From: Macrostomum lignano
Lineage: Eukaryota
Assembly: GCA_002269645.1 (NCBI GenBank)
Contig: NIVC01003732.1
Coordinates: 15,772 to 79,771, forward strand
Direction: 5' to 3'
Length of the DNA: 64,000 nucleotides
Shown here: positions 1-11,894 of the stretch, in pieces
How positions within the stretch are numbered: position 1 is the stretch's first letter
Layout: each line of letters starts with the position of its first letter
Position numbers and translations under genes: made by a program
Notes under the pieces: generated by a model
Seen by the model: the letters and a program-made list of their open reading frames with translations, nothing else
Told to the model about the DNA's origin: nothing
The model's database searches: none

Positions 1-78
1 TAGGGATTAATAACGGTAGGGATTAATAACGATAGGGACTAATAACGGTAGGGATTAATAATGGTAGGGATTAATAAA
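1..78. repeat. 16-bp tandem repeat (TAGGGATTAATAACGG), about 5 copies, truncated by the window start
   Basis: Unit read directly from the sequence. Confidence 0.85.
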
Positions 79-420
79 CGAATCAGAGTTCCTAAAGCTA
101 CGCTTAAGTCCGGAAGTGAAGACTGAAAAGTTAAGCGCTCAATGAATCACCTTTTCGCAAATATTTGAAATTACTGTTCCTTTCGAAACAACGCGACACT
201 GCTTGAGCGCTTTTAAATTCCAATAAAATCTCGGCAAATAGTTGGTCAAGGTCTGATTGGCCTTCTGTTTACTGTCTGGCAGGAGGTGTCGGCCGGCGCT
301 TGGACCAAATTGTCGGTTTGTTTAATCGCTTTACTTGAAACTTCCGTTGGCGAATTTTTGTTACCAATATAAAGCAGTGGTTGGCAAACTCCGGCCCGCG
401 AAGCCTCTCTATCCGGCCCT

Positions 421-1190
421 TTCTCTCTCTCCTCTCCTCTCCTCTCCTCTCCTCTCCTCTCCTCTCATCTCCTCTCCTCTCCTCTGCTCTCCTCTCCTCT
501 GCTCTCCTCTGCTCTCCTCTCCTCTGCTCTCCTCTCCTCTGCTCTCCTCTCCTCTCCTCTCCTCTCCTCTCCTCTGCTCTCCTCTGCTCTCTTCTCTCCT
601 CTCCTCTCCTCTCTCTCTCCTCTCCTCTCCTCTCCTCTCCTCTCCTCTCCTCTCCTCTCCTCTCCTCTCCTCTCCTCTCCTCTCCTCTCCTCTCCTCTCC
701 TCTCCTCTCCTCTCCTCTCCTCTCTCTCCTCTCTCTCCTCTCCTCTCCTCTGCTCTCTTCTCTCCTCTCCTCTCCTCTCCTCTCCTCTCCTCTCTCTCTC
801 CTCTCTCTCCTCTCCTCTCCTCTCCTCTCCTCTCCTCTCCTCTCCTTTCCTCTCCTCTCCTCTCCTCTCCTCTCCTCTCCTCTCCTCTGCTCTCTTCTCT
901 CCTCTCCTCTCCTCTGCTCTCTTCTCTCCTCTCCTCTCCTCTCCTCTCCTCTGCTCTCTTCTCTTCTCTCCTCTGCTCTCCTCTCTCTCCTCTCCTCTCC
1001 TCTCCTCTCCTCTCCTCTCCTCTCCTCTCCTCTCCTCTCCTCTCCTCTCCTCTCCTCTCCTCTCCTCTCCTCTCCTCTCCTCTCCTCTCCTCTCCTCCCC
1101 TCTTCTTCTCTCTTTTCCTCTCCTCTCCTCTCGTTTCCTCTATTCTCCTTTATTCCCTCGCCTCTCTTTTCTCGCATCTCTCTTCTCTCT
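421..1190. repeat. (CTCCT)n pentanucleotide microsatellite
   Basis: About 770 bp of CTCCT units with CTGCT/CTTCT variants; it produces the spurious ORFs at 269-1276. Confidence 0.97.
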
Positions 1191-1881
1191 CCTCTATTCT
1201 CTACCCTCCTCAGGCCCGCAATCAGGCTTTAGGTTTCTCTATCTGGCCCTTGAGGCAAAAGTTTTCCGACTCCTGAAATGAAGGGTTCTTTTGGAACCCT
1301 GACTTGACACAGTACGATCGTATAGGAAAAATTTCTATGCTGCCACTGGGGTTGTTAGGGACGCGTATGAGTTTTAAAGTGACTAAAAATCGGTTTCTAA
1401 GGGCGCTTATGTAGATATATAGTTCCTAGGGACACTAGAACAAGAATAGCGGTCGCTAGGGACGCTAGAATAAGAACAGTGGTTGCTAAGGGGTCACTAA
1501 AATAGAAACACTGGTTTCCAAGGACAACTAGAATAGAGACAGTAGTCTAGGTTGCTAGGGACGCTATAGAATGAAACAAAACGGTCTATGTACGTAATTT
1601 ATTGAAATTTTTCCAAAACTGACAATCTGCTAAATCCCAAATAAAACTCAGTGTCCAAGGCTGCATAGAACAGTAAACTTCTATTTGCAGTATACTGGAG
1701 GCAAAGAGAATAAATGCAGGGTCATTTTTCAGCTACTTTACTTGTTGGTTTTGTCACGTAGCGTTGACTGTGGCAGCTGCTGTGAAGACATGGGGGACGC
1801 CCAGTTTATACATGTACGAGCGGCATTGGTTCAAAGTGGAACCAATTGCTCTGATAAGGAGTTCTGGGAAAGAATTCTATG

Positions 1882-2760
1882 ACTTTCTGCGACTCTATCA
1901 CTCTCTGTAACTATCTGTAACTCTCTATGACTCTTTATGACTCTTTATGACTCTCTGTGACTCCGTAACTGTCTGTGACAGTCCGTGACTGTCTATGGCT
2001 CTCTGTGACTCTCTGTGAATCTCTGTGACTCTCCGTGACTCTCTGTGACTCTGTGACTGTCTATGACTCTCTGTGACTCCCTGTGACTCTCTGTGAGTCT
2101 GTAATTGTCTGTGACTCTCTGTGACTCTGTAACTGTCTGTGACAGTCTGTGACTGTCTATGACTCTCTGTGACTCCCTGTGACTTTCTGTGACTGTCTAT
2201 GACTCTCTGTGACTCCCTGTGACTCTCTTGTGACTGTCTATGACTCTCTGTGACTCCCTGTGACTCTCTTGTGACTGTCTATGACTCTCTGTGACTCCCT
2301 GTGACTTTCTGTGACTGTCTATGACTCTCTGTGACTCCCTGTGACTTTCTGTGACTGTCTATGACTCTCTGTGACTCCCTGTGACTCTCTTGTGACTGTC
2401 TATGACTCTCTGTGACTCCCTGTGACTTTCTGTGACTGTCTATGACTCTCTGTGACTCCCTGTGACTTTCTGTGAGTGACTGTCTATGACTCTCTGTGAC
2501 TCCCTGTGACTTTCTGTGACTGTCTATGACTCTCTGTGACTCCCTGTGACTTTCTGTGACTGTCTATGACTCTCTGTGACTCCCTGTGACTTTTTGTGAC
2601 TGTCTATGACTCTCTGTGACAGTCTGTGCCTCTGCTTCTGTGACTTTTTCTCCTGTGTAACTCTCTGTGACTCTCTGACTTTCGCACTTTCCGTTCTTCG
2701 CTGTCCCAGTACTTTCCCGTACTTTCTCGTACTTTCCCGTACTTACTCGTACTTTCCGAC
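1882..2760. repeat. 10-bp monomer CTGTGACTNN array with 40-bp higher-order period, followed by a short 10-bp GTACTTTCCC array (2709-2760)
   Basis: Period-40 unit ctgtgactgt-ctatgactct-ctgtgactcc-ctgtgacttt is visible from about 2150 to 2610. Confidence 0.93.
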
Positions 2761-2863
2761 TGCTAACTTTTGTTTGCATCCACAATCTACTGTACCAAGG
2801 AATGACAGATATGAAAATTTCAATTTCAATCTTTCCAAATCAACACATCTTTCAACTCTACAG

Positions 2864-5800
2864 ACTCCTGGCAGCCTCATCAGCGTCAGCAGTTGCGCCA
2901 GTTGCCGCAGTTCGACCAGCACTCAAGGCAGTTCGTGCTGCGCCTGAAATGCCTGCTGGCCAAGAGACACGCAGGCCTGGTCTCCGATGGTTACAAAGCG
3001 ATCCTGTGCACCGGCTCACTGACTGCCTGTCACCTGCAGAGCGAGACATCCGGCACTCATTCGACATATTCTCAGCATCCCGAACTGTCAGTGGGACCGA
3101 TCGCAAATGTAAGTTCGACAGTCTGGCTGACTGCCATTGGCCAGTCGGTGCCACCGCCCGCAGCCGCCAACGAAGTTCGTCTGGGCCTGGATTCCTTCCT
3201 GTTCAGGACTGGGCTGGATCTGCGGATCATGTTCCTGGATGCCAGGTGAGGCTAGCCAATATTGATAATGCTTTTCTGCTTTTACTGTGTCTATCTCTGT
3301 GTTTGGTGTCGTTGATGAGGTGCGACAATGTCTCCGTCAGTGCGAGTTTTGGTGTCTTTGATGAGCTGCCCCAGTGTCTCATCAGTGCGAGTTTTGGTGT
3401 CTTTGATGATCTGCCCCAGTGTCTCCTTTAGTGCAAGTTTTGGTGTCTTTGATGAGATGCCACAGTGCGAGTTTTGGTGTCTTTGATGAGCTGCCCCAGT
3501 GTCTCATTAGTGCGAGTTTTGGTGTCTTTGATGAGCTGCCCCAGTGTCTCCTTCAGTGCAAGTTTTGGTGTCTTTGATGAGACGCCACAGTGCGAGTTTT
3601 GGTGTCTTTGATGAGCTGCCCCAGTGTCTCATCAGTGCGAGTGTTGATGTCTTTGATGAGCTGCCCCAGTGCGAGTTTTGGTGTCTTTGATGATCTGCCC
3701 CAGTGTCTCCTTCAGTGCGAGTTTTGGTGTCTTTGATGATCTGCCCCAGTGTCTCCTTCAGTGCGAGTTTTGGTGTCTTTGATGATATGCCCCAGTGTCT
3801 CCTTCAGTGCGAGTTTTGGTGTCTTTGATGAGCTGCCCCAGTGTCTCCTTCAGTGCGAGTTTTGGTGTCTTTGATGATCTGCCCCAGTGTCTCCTTCAAT
3901 GCGAGTTTTGGTGTCTTTGATGATCCGCCCCAGTGTCTCCTTCAGTGCGAGTTTTGGTGTCTTTGATGATCCGCCCCAGTGTCTCCTTCAGTGCGAGTTT
4001 TGGTGTCTTTGATGAGCTGCCCCAGTGTCTCATCAGTGCGAGTTTTGGTGTCTTTGATGAGCTGCCCCAGTGTCTCATCAGTGCGAGTTTTGGTGTCTTT
4101 GATGATCCGCCCCAGTGTCTCCTTCAGTGCGAGTTTTGGTGTCTTTTATGAGCTGCCACTGCTGTGTCTCAGTGTCTGTTAAACTCTTAAACCTATGGAG
4201 TTAGATCCCGGTCATGAAAGTGTTTTCAAGTTAAATTGATAAATTGATCAAGGATTTTCATTAAGGGGGATTGGCTCCATATCAGTCCTATCTAGATGAT
4301 TGACAACCTTTATCTAGACACATCTCGATTTTTAACTTCACACCCTTAGCTTAAACCGAGGTGTCAATGATAATCGAACATTATCCTACTATACACAGCA
4401 TAGCAACAGACATAGTTAAGATCAAATAACTCAAATATGTGAGCGGGGCCAACCTGGACACGTGTTGCTATGCTTGTAAACAACATTCCCGCCACGCAGG
4501 GCCAGGTACTTGACTAAATACGAATCCGCTGACCTTGTGGGCCGCACTCTCTACCAGGCTGTTCACCCGTCTGACCTACCGCAGCTGAGGCTGGCGCACT
4601 GCACAGGTGAGACATTGAGATGGGATTGGGAGGAAAGTGAGATTAGATTGAGATGAGGTTGAGATGAGATTGAGACGAGATTGAGATGGGATTGAGATGA
4701 GATTGAGATGGGATTGAGATGAGATTGAGATGAGATTGAGATGAGATTGAGATGGGATTGAGATGGGATTGAGATGGGATTAACATGAGATTGAGATGAG
4801 ATTGAAATGAGATTGAGATGAGGTTGAGATGAGGTTGAGATGAGACTGAGATTGAGATTGAGATGATACTGAGATGAGACTGAGATGAGATGAGATTGAG
4901 ATGGGATTAAGATGTGATTAAGATTAATGAGATGAAATTGAGATGAGATTGAGAGAGATCGGGATGAAATTGCGATGAGATTGAGATGAGATTGAAATGA
5001 GATTGAGATGAGATTGAGATAAGATTGAGATGGGATTGAGATGGGATTAAGATGAGGTTGAGATGAGGTTGAGATGAGACTGAGATTGAGATGAGATTGA
5101 GATGGGATTGAGATGGAATTAAGATGAGATTGAGATGGGATTGAGATAAGACTAAGATGAGACTGAGATGAGATGAGATTGAGATTGAGATGAGACTGAG
5201 ATGAGACTGAGATGAGATGAGATTGAGATGGGATTAAGATGAGATTAAGATTAATGAGATGAAATTGAGATGAGATTGAGAGAGATCGGGATGAAATTGC
5301 GATGAGATTGAGATGAGATTGAAATGAGATTGAGATGAGATTGAGATGAGATTGAAATGAGATTGAAATGAAATTGAGATGAGATTGAGATGAGATATAG
5401 ATGAGATTGAGATGAGATTGAGATGGGATTAAGATGAGATTGAGATAAGACTGAGATAAGACTGAGATGAGACTGAGATGAGACTGAGATTGAGATTGAG
5501 ATGAGACTGAGATGAGACTGAGATGAGATTGAGATGGGATTAAGATGAGATTGAGATTAATGAGATGAGATTGAGATGAGATTGAGATGAGATTAAGAGG
5601 AGATTGAGATGACAGGGAGATGTTATTTTGAATAGATAGCCCGGAAATTTTTGACAAGATTCAATCAGGTAAGACCGATAATTAGAAGCTAGTAAATAAT
5701 AATATTTACTGCAAACGCATTGAGAGTAAAATCGCACTCCATAAACTTCGTTCCAAGTACTCAGCAAAGGCCAGTCCAGTGTCGGTTGCTACCGGTTGCT

Positions 5801-7758
5801 AGGGAAGCTCGGCGGCTGGATCTGGGTGCACACAAGCCTGACAATGGTGCATAGCTCTCGGTCTGCCACCAGATCCAACTGTATTGTTGGAGTGAGCAGC
5901 ATCTTGTCGTGAGTGCTCCGAATTTTGGGCTTAATGTTGCTCACTACTTACAACAGTGAGTAGGACAAATTCGACTAAGATTTTAGCATTCATGCGTTCA
6001 CAAAGTACGAAGACTGGGTGTGATAGACTCGAACATATGTGCAATCAACTTTTGAGACAGGTGTGATCAATATTGAGACACCTGTGATCAATATTGAGGC
6101 AGGTGTGATCAATATTGAGACACCTGTGATCAATATTGAGACACCTGTGATCAATATTGAGGCAGGTGTGATCAGCATAAAGAGTAGGTGTGATCAACAT
6201 AAAGAGTAGGTGTGATCAACATAAAGAGTAGGCGTGATCAACCTATATGTAAAGAGTAGGTGTGATCAGCATAAAGAGTAGGTGTGATCAGCATAAAGAG
6301 TAGGTGTGATCAGCATAAAGAGTAGGTGTGATCAGCATAAAGAGTAGGTGTGATCAGCATAAAGAGTAGGTGTGATCAGCATAAAGAGTAGGTGTGATCA
6401 GCATAAAGAGTAGGTGTGATCAACATAAAGAGTAGGTGTGATCAACATAAAGAGTAGGTGTGATCAGCATAAAGAGTAGGTGTGATCAACCTATATGTAA
6501 AGAGTAGGTGTGATCAGCATAAAGAGTAGGTGTGATCAGCATAAAGAGTAGGTGTGATCAACATAAAGAGTAGGTGTGATCAACATAAAGAGTAGGTGTG
6601 ATCAACATAAAGAGTAGGTGTGATCAACTCACGAGTCAGTGTGATCAACATTTGAGACAGGTGTGATCAATATTGAGACAGGTGTGATCAATATTGAGAC
6701 AGGTGTGATCAATATTGAGACAGGTGTGATCAATATTGAGACAGGTGTGATCAATATTGAGACAGGTGTGATCAATATTGAGACAGGTGTGATCAATATT
6801 GAGACAGGTGTGATCAATATTGAGACAGGTGTGATCAATATTGAGACAGGTGTGATCAATATTGAGACAGGTGTGATCAATATTGAGACAGGTGTGATCA
6901 ATATTGAGACAGGTGTGATCAATATTGAGACAGGTGTGATCAATATTGAGACAGGTGTGATCAATATTGAGACAGGTGTGATCAATATTGAGACAGGTGT
7001 GATCAATATTGAGACAGGTGTGATCAATATTGAGACAGGTGTGATCAATATTGAGACAGGTGTGATCAACTCATGGGACAGGTGTGACCAAATATGAGAC
7101 TAGTTAACCCGAATTACTATACAGGGAAACCGAATTACTATACAGGGAACCCGAGCACGAGTCAATGCAGTTGCTACTGCAACCTCTGCCGCTGCCGCTG
7201 CCTCCGCCGCAGTGGCACCCGAAATCAAGTCAGCCGGATGTGGTTGCTTCCACAACAGCAGCTCCAGCGAACAGATCGGTCGTCAAGCCTGGCATGAAGC
7301 AGCAGCACCGTGTGGAGCCTTACTCGTGCAATAGGAAGCCGCAACGACAAAAGAGACTGTTGAGACAGCAGCAGCAACAGCAGCAGCAACAGCAGCAGCA
7401 ACAGCAGCAGCAACAGCAGCAACAGCAGCAGCGGCAGCAGCAAACAACTCACTGGGATTCAAGCCCAACTCTGCCACCGTTAGCAACCGCTATAGCTACA
7501 AGCGATCAACAATCAACCAGATGGAGCTACGACAGCTACACAATCTATGAGCAGCACCAGAAGAGGAACCAGTTCTACTATAATTACCAGATGTACAACA
7601 GCAGTAACCATGGCAACATTTGGGATTTACAATCGGTTGAGCCGGGAATTGGGATGACAATTTCGGCCGCTCCGACCGCTGTCATTGTTGGTGCCGATGG
7701 CTCGGACGGTGGCAACTCAACCGCAGCCTCAACGGATCTTTGGAATCGGTGCTGCTGA
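2864..7758 (+). CDS. sim: Single-minded (SIM)-class bHLH-PAS transcription factor, 3' part. Exons 2864-3245, 4500-4606, 5758-5908, 7146-7758 (alternative acceptor 7125). bHLH and most of PAS-A lie upstream of the window.
   Basis: All introns are GT-AG with consistent phases (1|2|1|2). The spliced peptide RQFVLRLKCLLAKRHAGLVSDGYKAILCTGSL...WLTAIGQSVPP..EVRLGLDSFLFRTGLDLRIMFLDAR-ARYLTKYESADLVGRTLYQAVHPSDL..-VLSKGQ..YRLLGKLGGWIWV..SSRS...CIVGVSSIL parallels the SIM1 sequence as I recall it ([108 protein letters not shown]). The LAKRxAGL motif favours SIM over HIF or Trh/NPAS. The C-terminal exon has a 22-Q tract. Confidence 0.9.
3337..4170. repeat. 45-46-bp minisatellite (CAGTGCGAGTTTTGGTGTCTTTGATGAGCTGCCCCAGTGTCTCAT/CCTT) in a sim intron
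   Basis: Tandem units read directly. Confidence 0.95.
4612..5612. repeat. (GAGAT)n-type pentamer microsatellite in a sim intron
   Basis: GAGAT/GAGAC/GGGAT units begin a few bp after the donor at 4607. Confidence 0.95.
6053..7075. repeat. Compound minisatellite: 21-bp GACAGGTGTGATCAATATTGA flanking 22-bp GTAGGTGTGATCAGCATAAAGA
   Basis: Both units share the core AGGTGTGATCA; the 22-bp block spans about 6165-6628. Confidence 0.95.
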
Positions 7759-7787
7759 CGTAATAGTGGCGCCGACCCCCCAAGTCT

Positions 7788-7960
7788 TACCTAAATTCAT
7801 ATGCGGTGTGACCCCAGTCTGACCTAAATTCATATGCGGTGTGACCCCAGTCTGACCTAAATTCATATGCGGTGTGACCCCAGTCTGACCTAAATTCATA
7901 TGCGGTGTGACCCCAGTCTGACCTAAATTCATATGCGGTGTGACCACAGTTTGACCTAAA
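7788..7960. repeat. 33-bp minisatellite (ACCCCAGTCTGACCTAAATTCATATGCGGTGTG), about 5 copies, just 3' of the sim stop codon
   Basis: Direct reading. Confidence 0.92.
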
Positions 7961-8254
7961 TGAGCCTTGCCAGCTTGTTTATACATTCTAACTTAACACT
8001 GTGGGACCTGTCACGTGATTTTAATAGAGTATGACTCATAACGTAACCTAATCACACTATATTAAAAATAAACACCAGCTAAACAAAAACCCTTTCTTTT
8101 TTATTACTTTCCTGGAAGTAAGAGGTTGAAAAAAAATTTCGATCTAAAAATTTTTTAGATAGAAACTACTATAAATGTTGCGCAAAAACACAAATGACTA
8201 ATGGTACAGGACTGAGAGCCGCTGACTTTATTGGATTAATAAATGGCTAACGTG

Positions 8255-8730
8255 TGAGAGAGACAGGTAAATAAGCACAGGTAAAGGTGAAAGAGACAGA
8301 TGGATAAGGACAGGTAAAGTTGAGAGAGACAGATGGATAAGGACAGGTAAAGGTAAGAGAGAGACAGGCAGATAAGGACAGGTAGAGGTGAGAGAGACAG
8401 ATGGATAAGGACAGGCAAAGGTGAAAGAGACAGGTGGATAAGGACAGGTAAAGGTGGGAGAGACAGGTAGATAAGGACAGGTAGAGGTGAGAGAGACAGA
8501 TGGATAAGGACAGGTAGAGGTGAGAGAGACAGATGGATAAGGACAGGCAAAGGTGAGAGAGACAGGTGGATAAGGACAGGCAAAAGTGAGAGAGACAGGT
8601 GGATAAGGACAGGTAAAGGTGAGAGAGACAGGTAGATAAGGACAGGTAAAGGTGAGAGAGAGACAGGCAGATAAGGACAGGTAGAGGTGAGAGAGACAGG
8701 TAGATAAGGACAGGTAAAGGTCAGAGACAG
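8255..8730. repeat. 33-bp purine-rich minisatellite (GAGAGAGACAGGTGGATAAGGACAGGTAAAGGT)
   Basis: Direct reading; lies between the convergent sim and VAP-like genes. Confidence 0.92.
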
Positions 8731-8851
8731 GGGAAACCATGCCGGAAATTCAGCAAAGCAACAGAAACACTCATGAGCATATTCAAGAGACGCCTAAAGT
8801 CCACAAATCCCCAAAATCCTGTTTTCCAAGAAACCGCATCGGCTAAGGACC

Positions 8852-10560
8852 CTACTGCTGCAGGTAGAGTTTTCCTAGAATCACGCCGGCAGCAACGCCG
8901 GCCAGGCAGAGCAGCATCGCCCCCGAGTCGGTGGTTGGTGGTCGAAAAAATCGATAAAAAGCAACAACGACCGACACGGGCGCCGCGGCAACTGCCGCGA
9001 GAGTCGCCGAAGTTGACGAAGCTGCCTCGGCCAGCTGGCGCAGATGACGCCGCCGACGGGCCTCGCGGCGTAGGCCAACTTTGCGCAGTCGCAGCTCCTC
9101 CTGGCACAGTCTGGCGTTCTCCTGCCGCAGTCGGTGCAGCTCGGCCTCCAGCTGCTCCTCCAGCTGCTCCTCGGGCGAGCGCTGGTCTCTGGGCGAATCC
9201 GAGGCATTCGACGCGTTGCTTTCGCTGTCCTGCTGGATCGTCGCCGACTGCAGCTGCTCAATCCATCGAGTAGCCGCTGTTGAGTTCTTTAGTGGCCATG
9301 AGGCCGAGGCTGGGCCGCCAACTGGGATTCTGCTCACCTGCAGGCAGGTCCCGATGCCAATGCGCCATCGGTGCACTCGGACATTTGCTGGTTTGGCCAG
9401 CCAACACCCCAACCCGTCCCCTCCCCACCTCCCCCATTTGGCCAGCCAAACCCTAGCCCGTCCCCACCACCCCACTTGCTGATTTGGCCAGCCAACACCC
9501 CAACCCCTCCTCACCACCCCACTTGCTGATTTGGCCAGCCAACACCCCAACCCCTCCCCACCACCCCACTTGCTGATTGGCCAGCGAACACCCCAACCCC
9601 TCCCACCACCCCATTTGCTGATTGGCCAGCCAACACCACAACCCGTCACCCTCCCCACCTCCCCCATTTGGCCAGCCAAGCAAACCCCTAAGCTTAAAGT
9701 CAACTCACATTGAGCCGATAGCACATCACATCTCTCGGCGTGGCGGCCTTCCACAAAGCATCCACGCTTTGATGATTTAAAGCGCCAGGTTTCACTACCA
9801 GTTTGAATCATAAACTTGTGCTGTGGCGATTGATTTAAGTGGACATTATCGATTTCCGAATCCTCATCTGGCTCGGACAGCGGGAGCAGCGTGATGGCCA
9901 CCTCGAGCTCGCTGAATGGCTGCAGTAGTCCAATGTTTGGCCGTACGCTGTAACACTTTGGTACCGTTGTTTTCACCTTTGAATTGGTCGAATGCGAACA
10001 CGAGTAAATACTCTAAAAATAGCGATATACTGCATCACTGTTCCGTGCTGGGCGTAGCCAGTATTTTATTTTATGAGGGGCACCAGCAGCAGAGGCGCCA
10101 GCAGCAGAGGCGCCAGCACCAGAGGCGCTAGCACTCAGACAGCCAATCAGAATCGAGAGCCAACAAGAATCAGGAGCCAATAAGAATCGAGAGCCAATAG
10201 GAGTCGAGAGCCAATAAGAATCGAGAGCCAATAAGAATCAAGAGCCAATAAGAATCAAGAGCCAATAAGAATCGAGAGCCATGCAATAAAAATCGAGAGC
10301 CAATCAGAATCAAGAGAAGAGCAGAAAATTAAGCGAGGGACAGACAGGGTCAGAAAATGCCCCGTGAACTATATCTAAAATGTCTCAGACTAGGACTGTA
10401 TCGAGTGATGAATGCTTGAAAGTGGAATCACAACAGCTTTCAAACTTACCTTAAAGGTGAGAATATAGGTATCTTGATTGCACAGTCGGAGCAACGAAGT
10501 TATGGGCTTATTAAAAGGGCCTCGAAATTCGAGTTCAGACTCAGGCAAAATTTTCAGCAT
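8852..10560 (-). CDS. Divergent VAP (VAMP-associated protein; MSP + coiled coil + C-terminal TM) paralogue. Exons 10560-10450, 9976-9709, 9337-8852. Apparent 2-nt deletion near 9800 frameshifts exon 2 (pseudogene, assembly error or rescued allele).
   Basis: Exon 1 MLKILPESELEFRGPFNKPITSLLRLCNQDTYILTFK|gtaag. Exon 2 VKTTVPKCYSVRPNIG..HKFMIQ continues homologously only in another frame (LVVKPGALNHQSVDALWKAATPRDVMCYRLN|gtgagt). Exon 3 has a coiled coil (ELHRLRQENARLCQEELRLRK) and a TM with GVAAGVILGK. Intron positions match the neighbouring VAP. Confidence 0.85.
9385..9680. repeat. About 47-bp C-rich (G-rich on the coding strand) minisatellite in intron 2 of the divergent VAP
   Basis: GATTTGGCCAGCCAACACCCCAACCCC... 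recurs at 9481 and 9528. Confidence 0.85.
10080..10310. repeat. Short CAGCAG/GGCGCC repeat plus 17-bp GAGCCAATAAGAATCGA array in intron 1 of the divergent VAP
   Basis: CCAATAAG at 10211, 10228, 10245 and 10262. Confidence 0.88.
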
Positions 10561-10879
10561 CTCTGCAACTGGCCAACGTAGGAAGACCCGCAGGTAAATT
10601 CCAGCTCTGCAGGGTTCGTGAATTGTAAATCTCTAGTTATGGATTATTCGCTTGAAATAGTAAATTTTTATTAGTGAAAAAAAAGACTGAAGTAACAAAT
10701 AATGACTATAGCGACGTGTACTTTTCTTAGCTAAGTGGACGCGTACATGTACTTTTATTAGCTGCACGTAATCGAGTGGTGCAAAAATGCAAACGAGCTA
10801 AGCTTTAGGAATAGGCTTTGTTGTCGTGACATGATTCAATAAATCATTTGATGTATCAATTAACAAAACAATCTATAAA

Positions 10880-11460
10880 TGATTAATCGAGTAATAAATC
10901 AATCAATCAATCAACCCACCAATCAATCCATCAACAAATCGATCAAACCAACCAATCAATCAATTAACAAATTTATCAATTTATCAACTATCAATCGATC
11001 AACCAATCAAACAATTAACAAATCAATCAATCGATCAACGAATCAATCAACCAACAAATAAATCAATCAATCGATCAACAAATCAATCAATCAATGAATC
11101 AATCAATCGATCAACAAATCAATCAATCGATCAACAAATCAATCAATTGATCAACGAATCAACGAATAGATTAACAAATCAATCGATCAACGAATTAATC
11201 AATCGATCAATGAAGAATGAATCAATCGATCAATGAATCAATCAACCAACAAATCAATCAATCAATCGATCAACGAATCCATCAATCGATCAATGAATCA
11301 ATCAATCGATCAACAAATCAATCAATTGATCAACGAATCAACGAATAGATTAACAAATCAATCGATCAACAAACCAATCAATCGATCAACGAATTAATCA
11401 ATCGATCAATGAGTTAATCAATCGATCAATGAATCAATCAATCGATCAACGAATCAATAA
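10880..11460. repeat. (AATC/ATCG)n-derived tetranucleotide repeat
   Basis: Direct reading. Confidence 0.9.
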
Positions 11461-11894
11461 TTAATCGTTCAATACCTAAATATACAAGTCAATTAATATA
11501 TGTACGTGTTAATAAAAAATCTAGCATAAGATTACATCAATCTAGTCAATTCGTGCTTTTTTAAAACTTCGGCCCTTTAAAATTATCATCGTACCTCAAC
11601 TGAAGAAACGCACACGGGAACTTACCACAACTGATTATCGACTGACCTATCGATGGACATTTAAATTAAATTAAATTAATTATTACACGCCAGAGTTCCG
11701 ATACCAGATTATAAATCACAAGTAAACAAACCTTTCAAGTTGGTTTTCAGTTTTGAGCATACATATTGACCATAGATAAGGGGAACCTTTGCTTTACCGA
11801 AGTAATACTTTCTATGATTTATATCATATATCGTACCTTTAGGCCTTTTGTTTGAATGCATTTTGAGATTAATATGACACAGTTACAGACTCCT

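Noticed and set aside
1-78. Telomeric repeat, because of TAGGG
   Set aside because: The unit is 16 bp (TAGGGATTAATAACGG), not (TTAGGG)n.
269-1276. 300-aa Arg/Glu- or Ser/Leu-rich ORFs
   Set aside because: Artefacts of (CTCCT)n.
1685-1882. Upstream sim exon (PAS-A)
   Set aside because: No frame gives a convincing VELTGNSIYEYIHP-like peptide with usable splice sites; upstream exons are probably outside the window.
6053-7075. CRISPR array (considered for this and the other regular arrays)
   Set aside because: Units are head-to-tail with no unique spacers, there are no cas genes, and the context is eukaryotic.
7094-7297. Acceptor at gtcaatgcag (7170) for the last sim exon
   Set aside because: With the phase-2 donor it leads to an early stop and a non-homologous peptide; acceptors at 7125 and 7146 keep the frame and homology.
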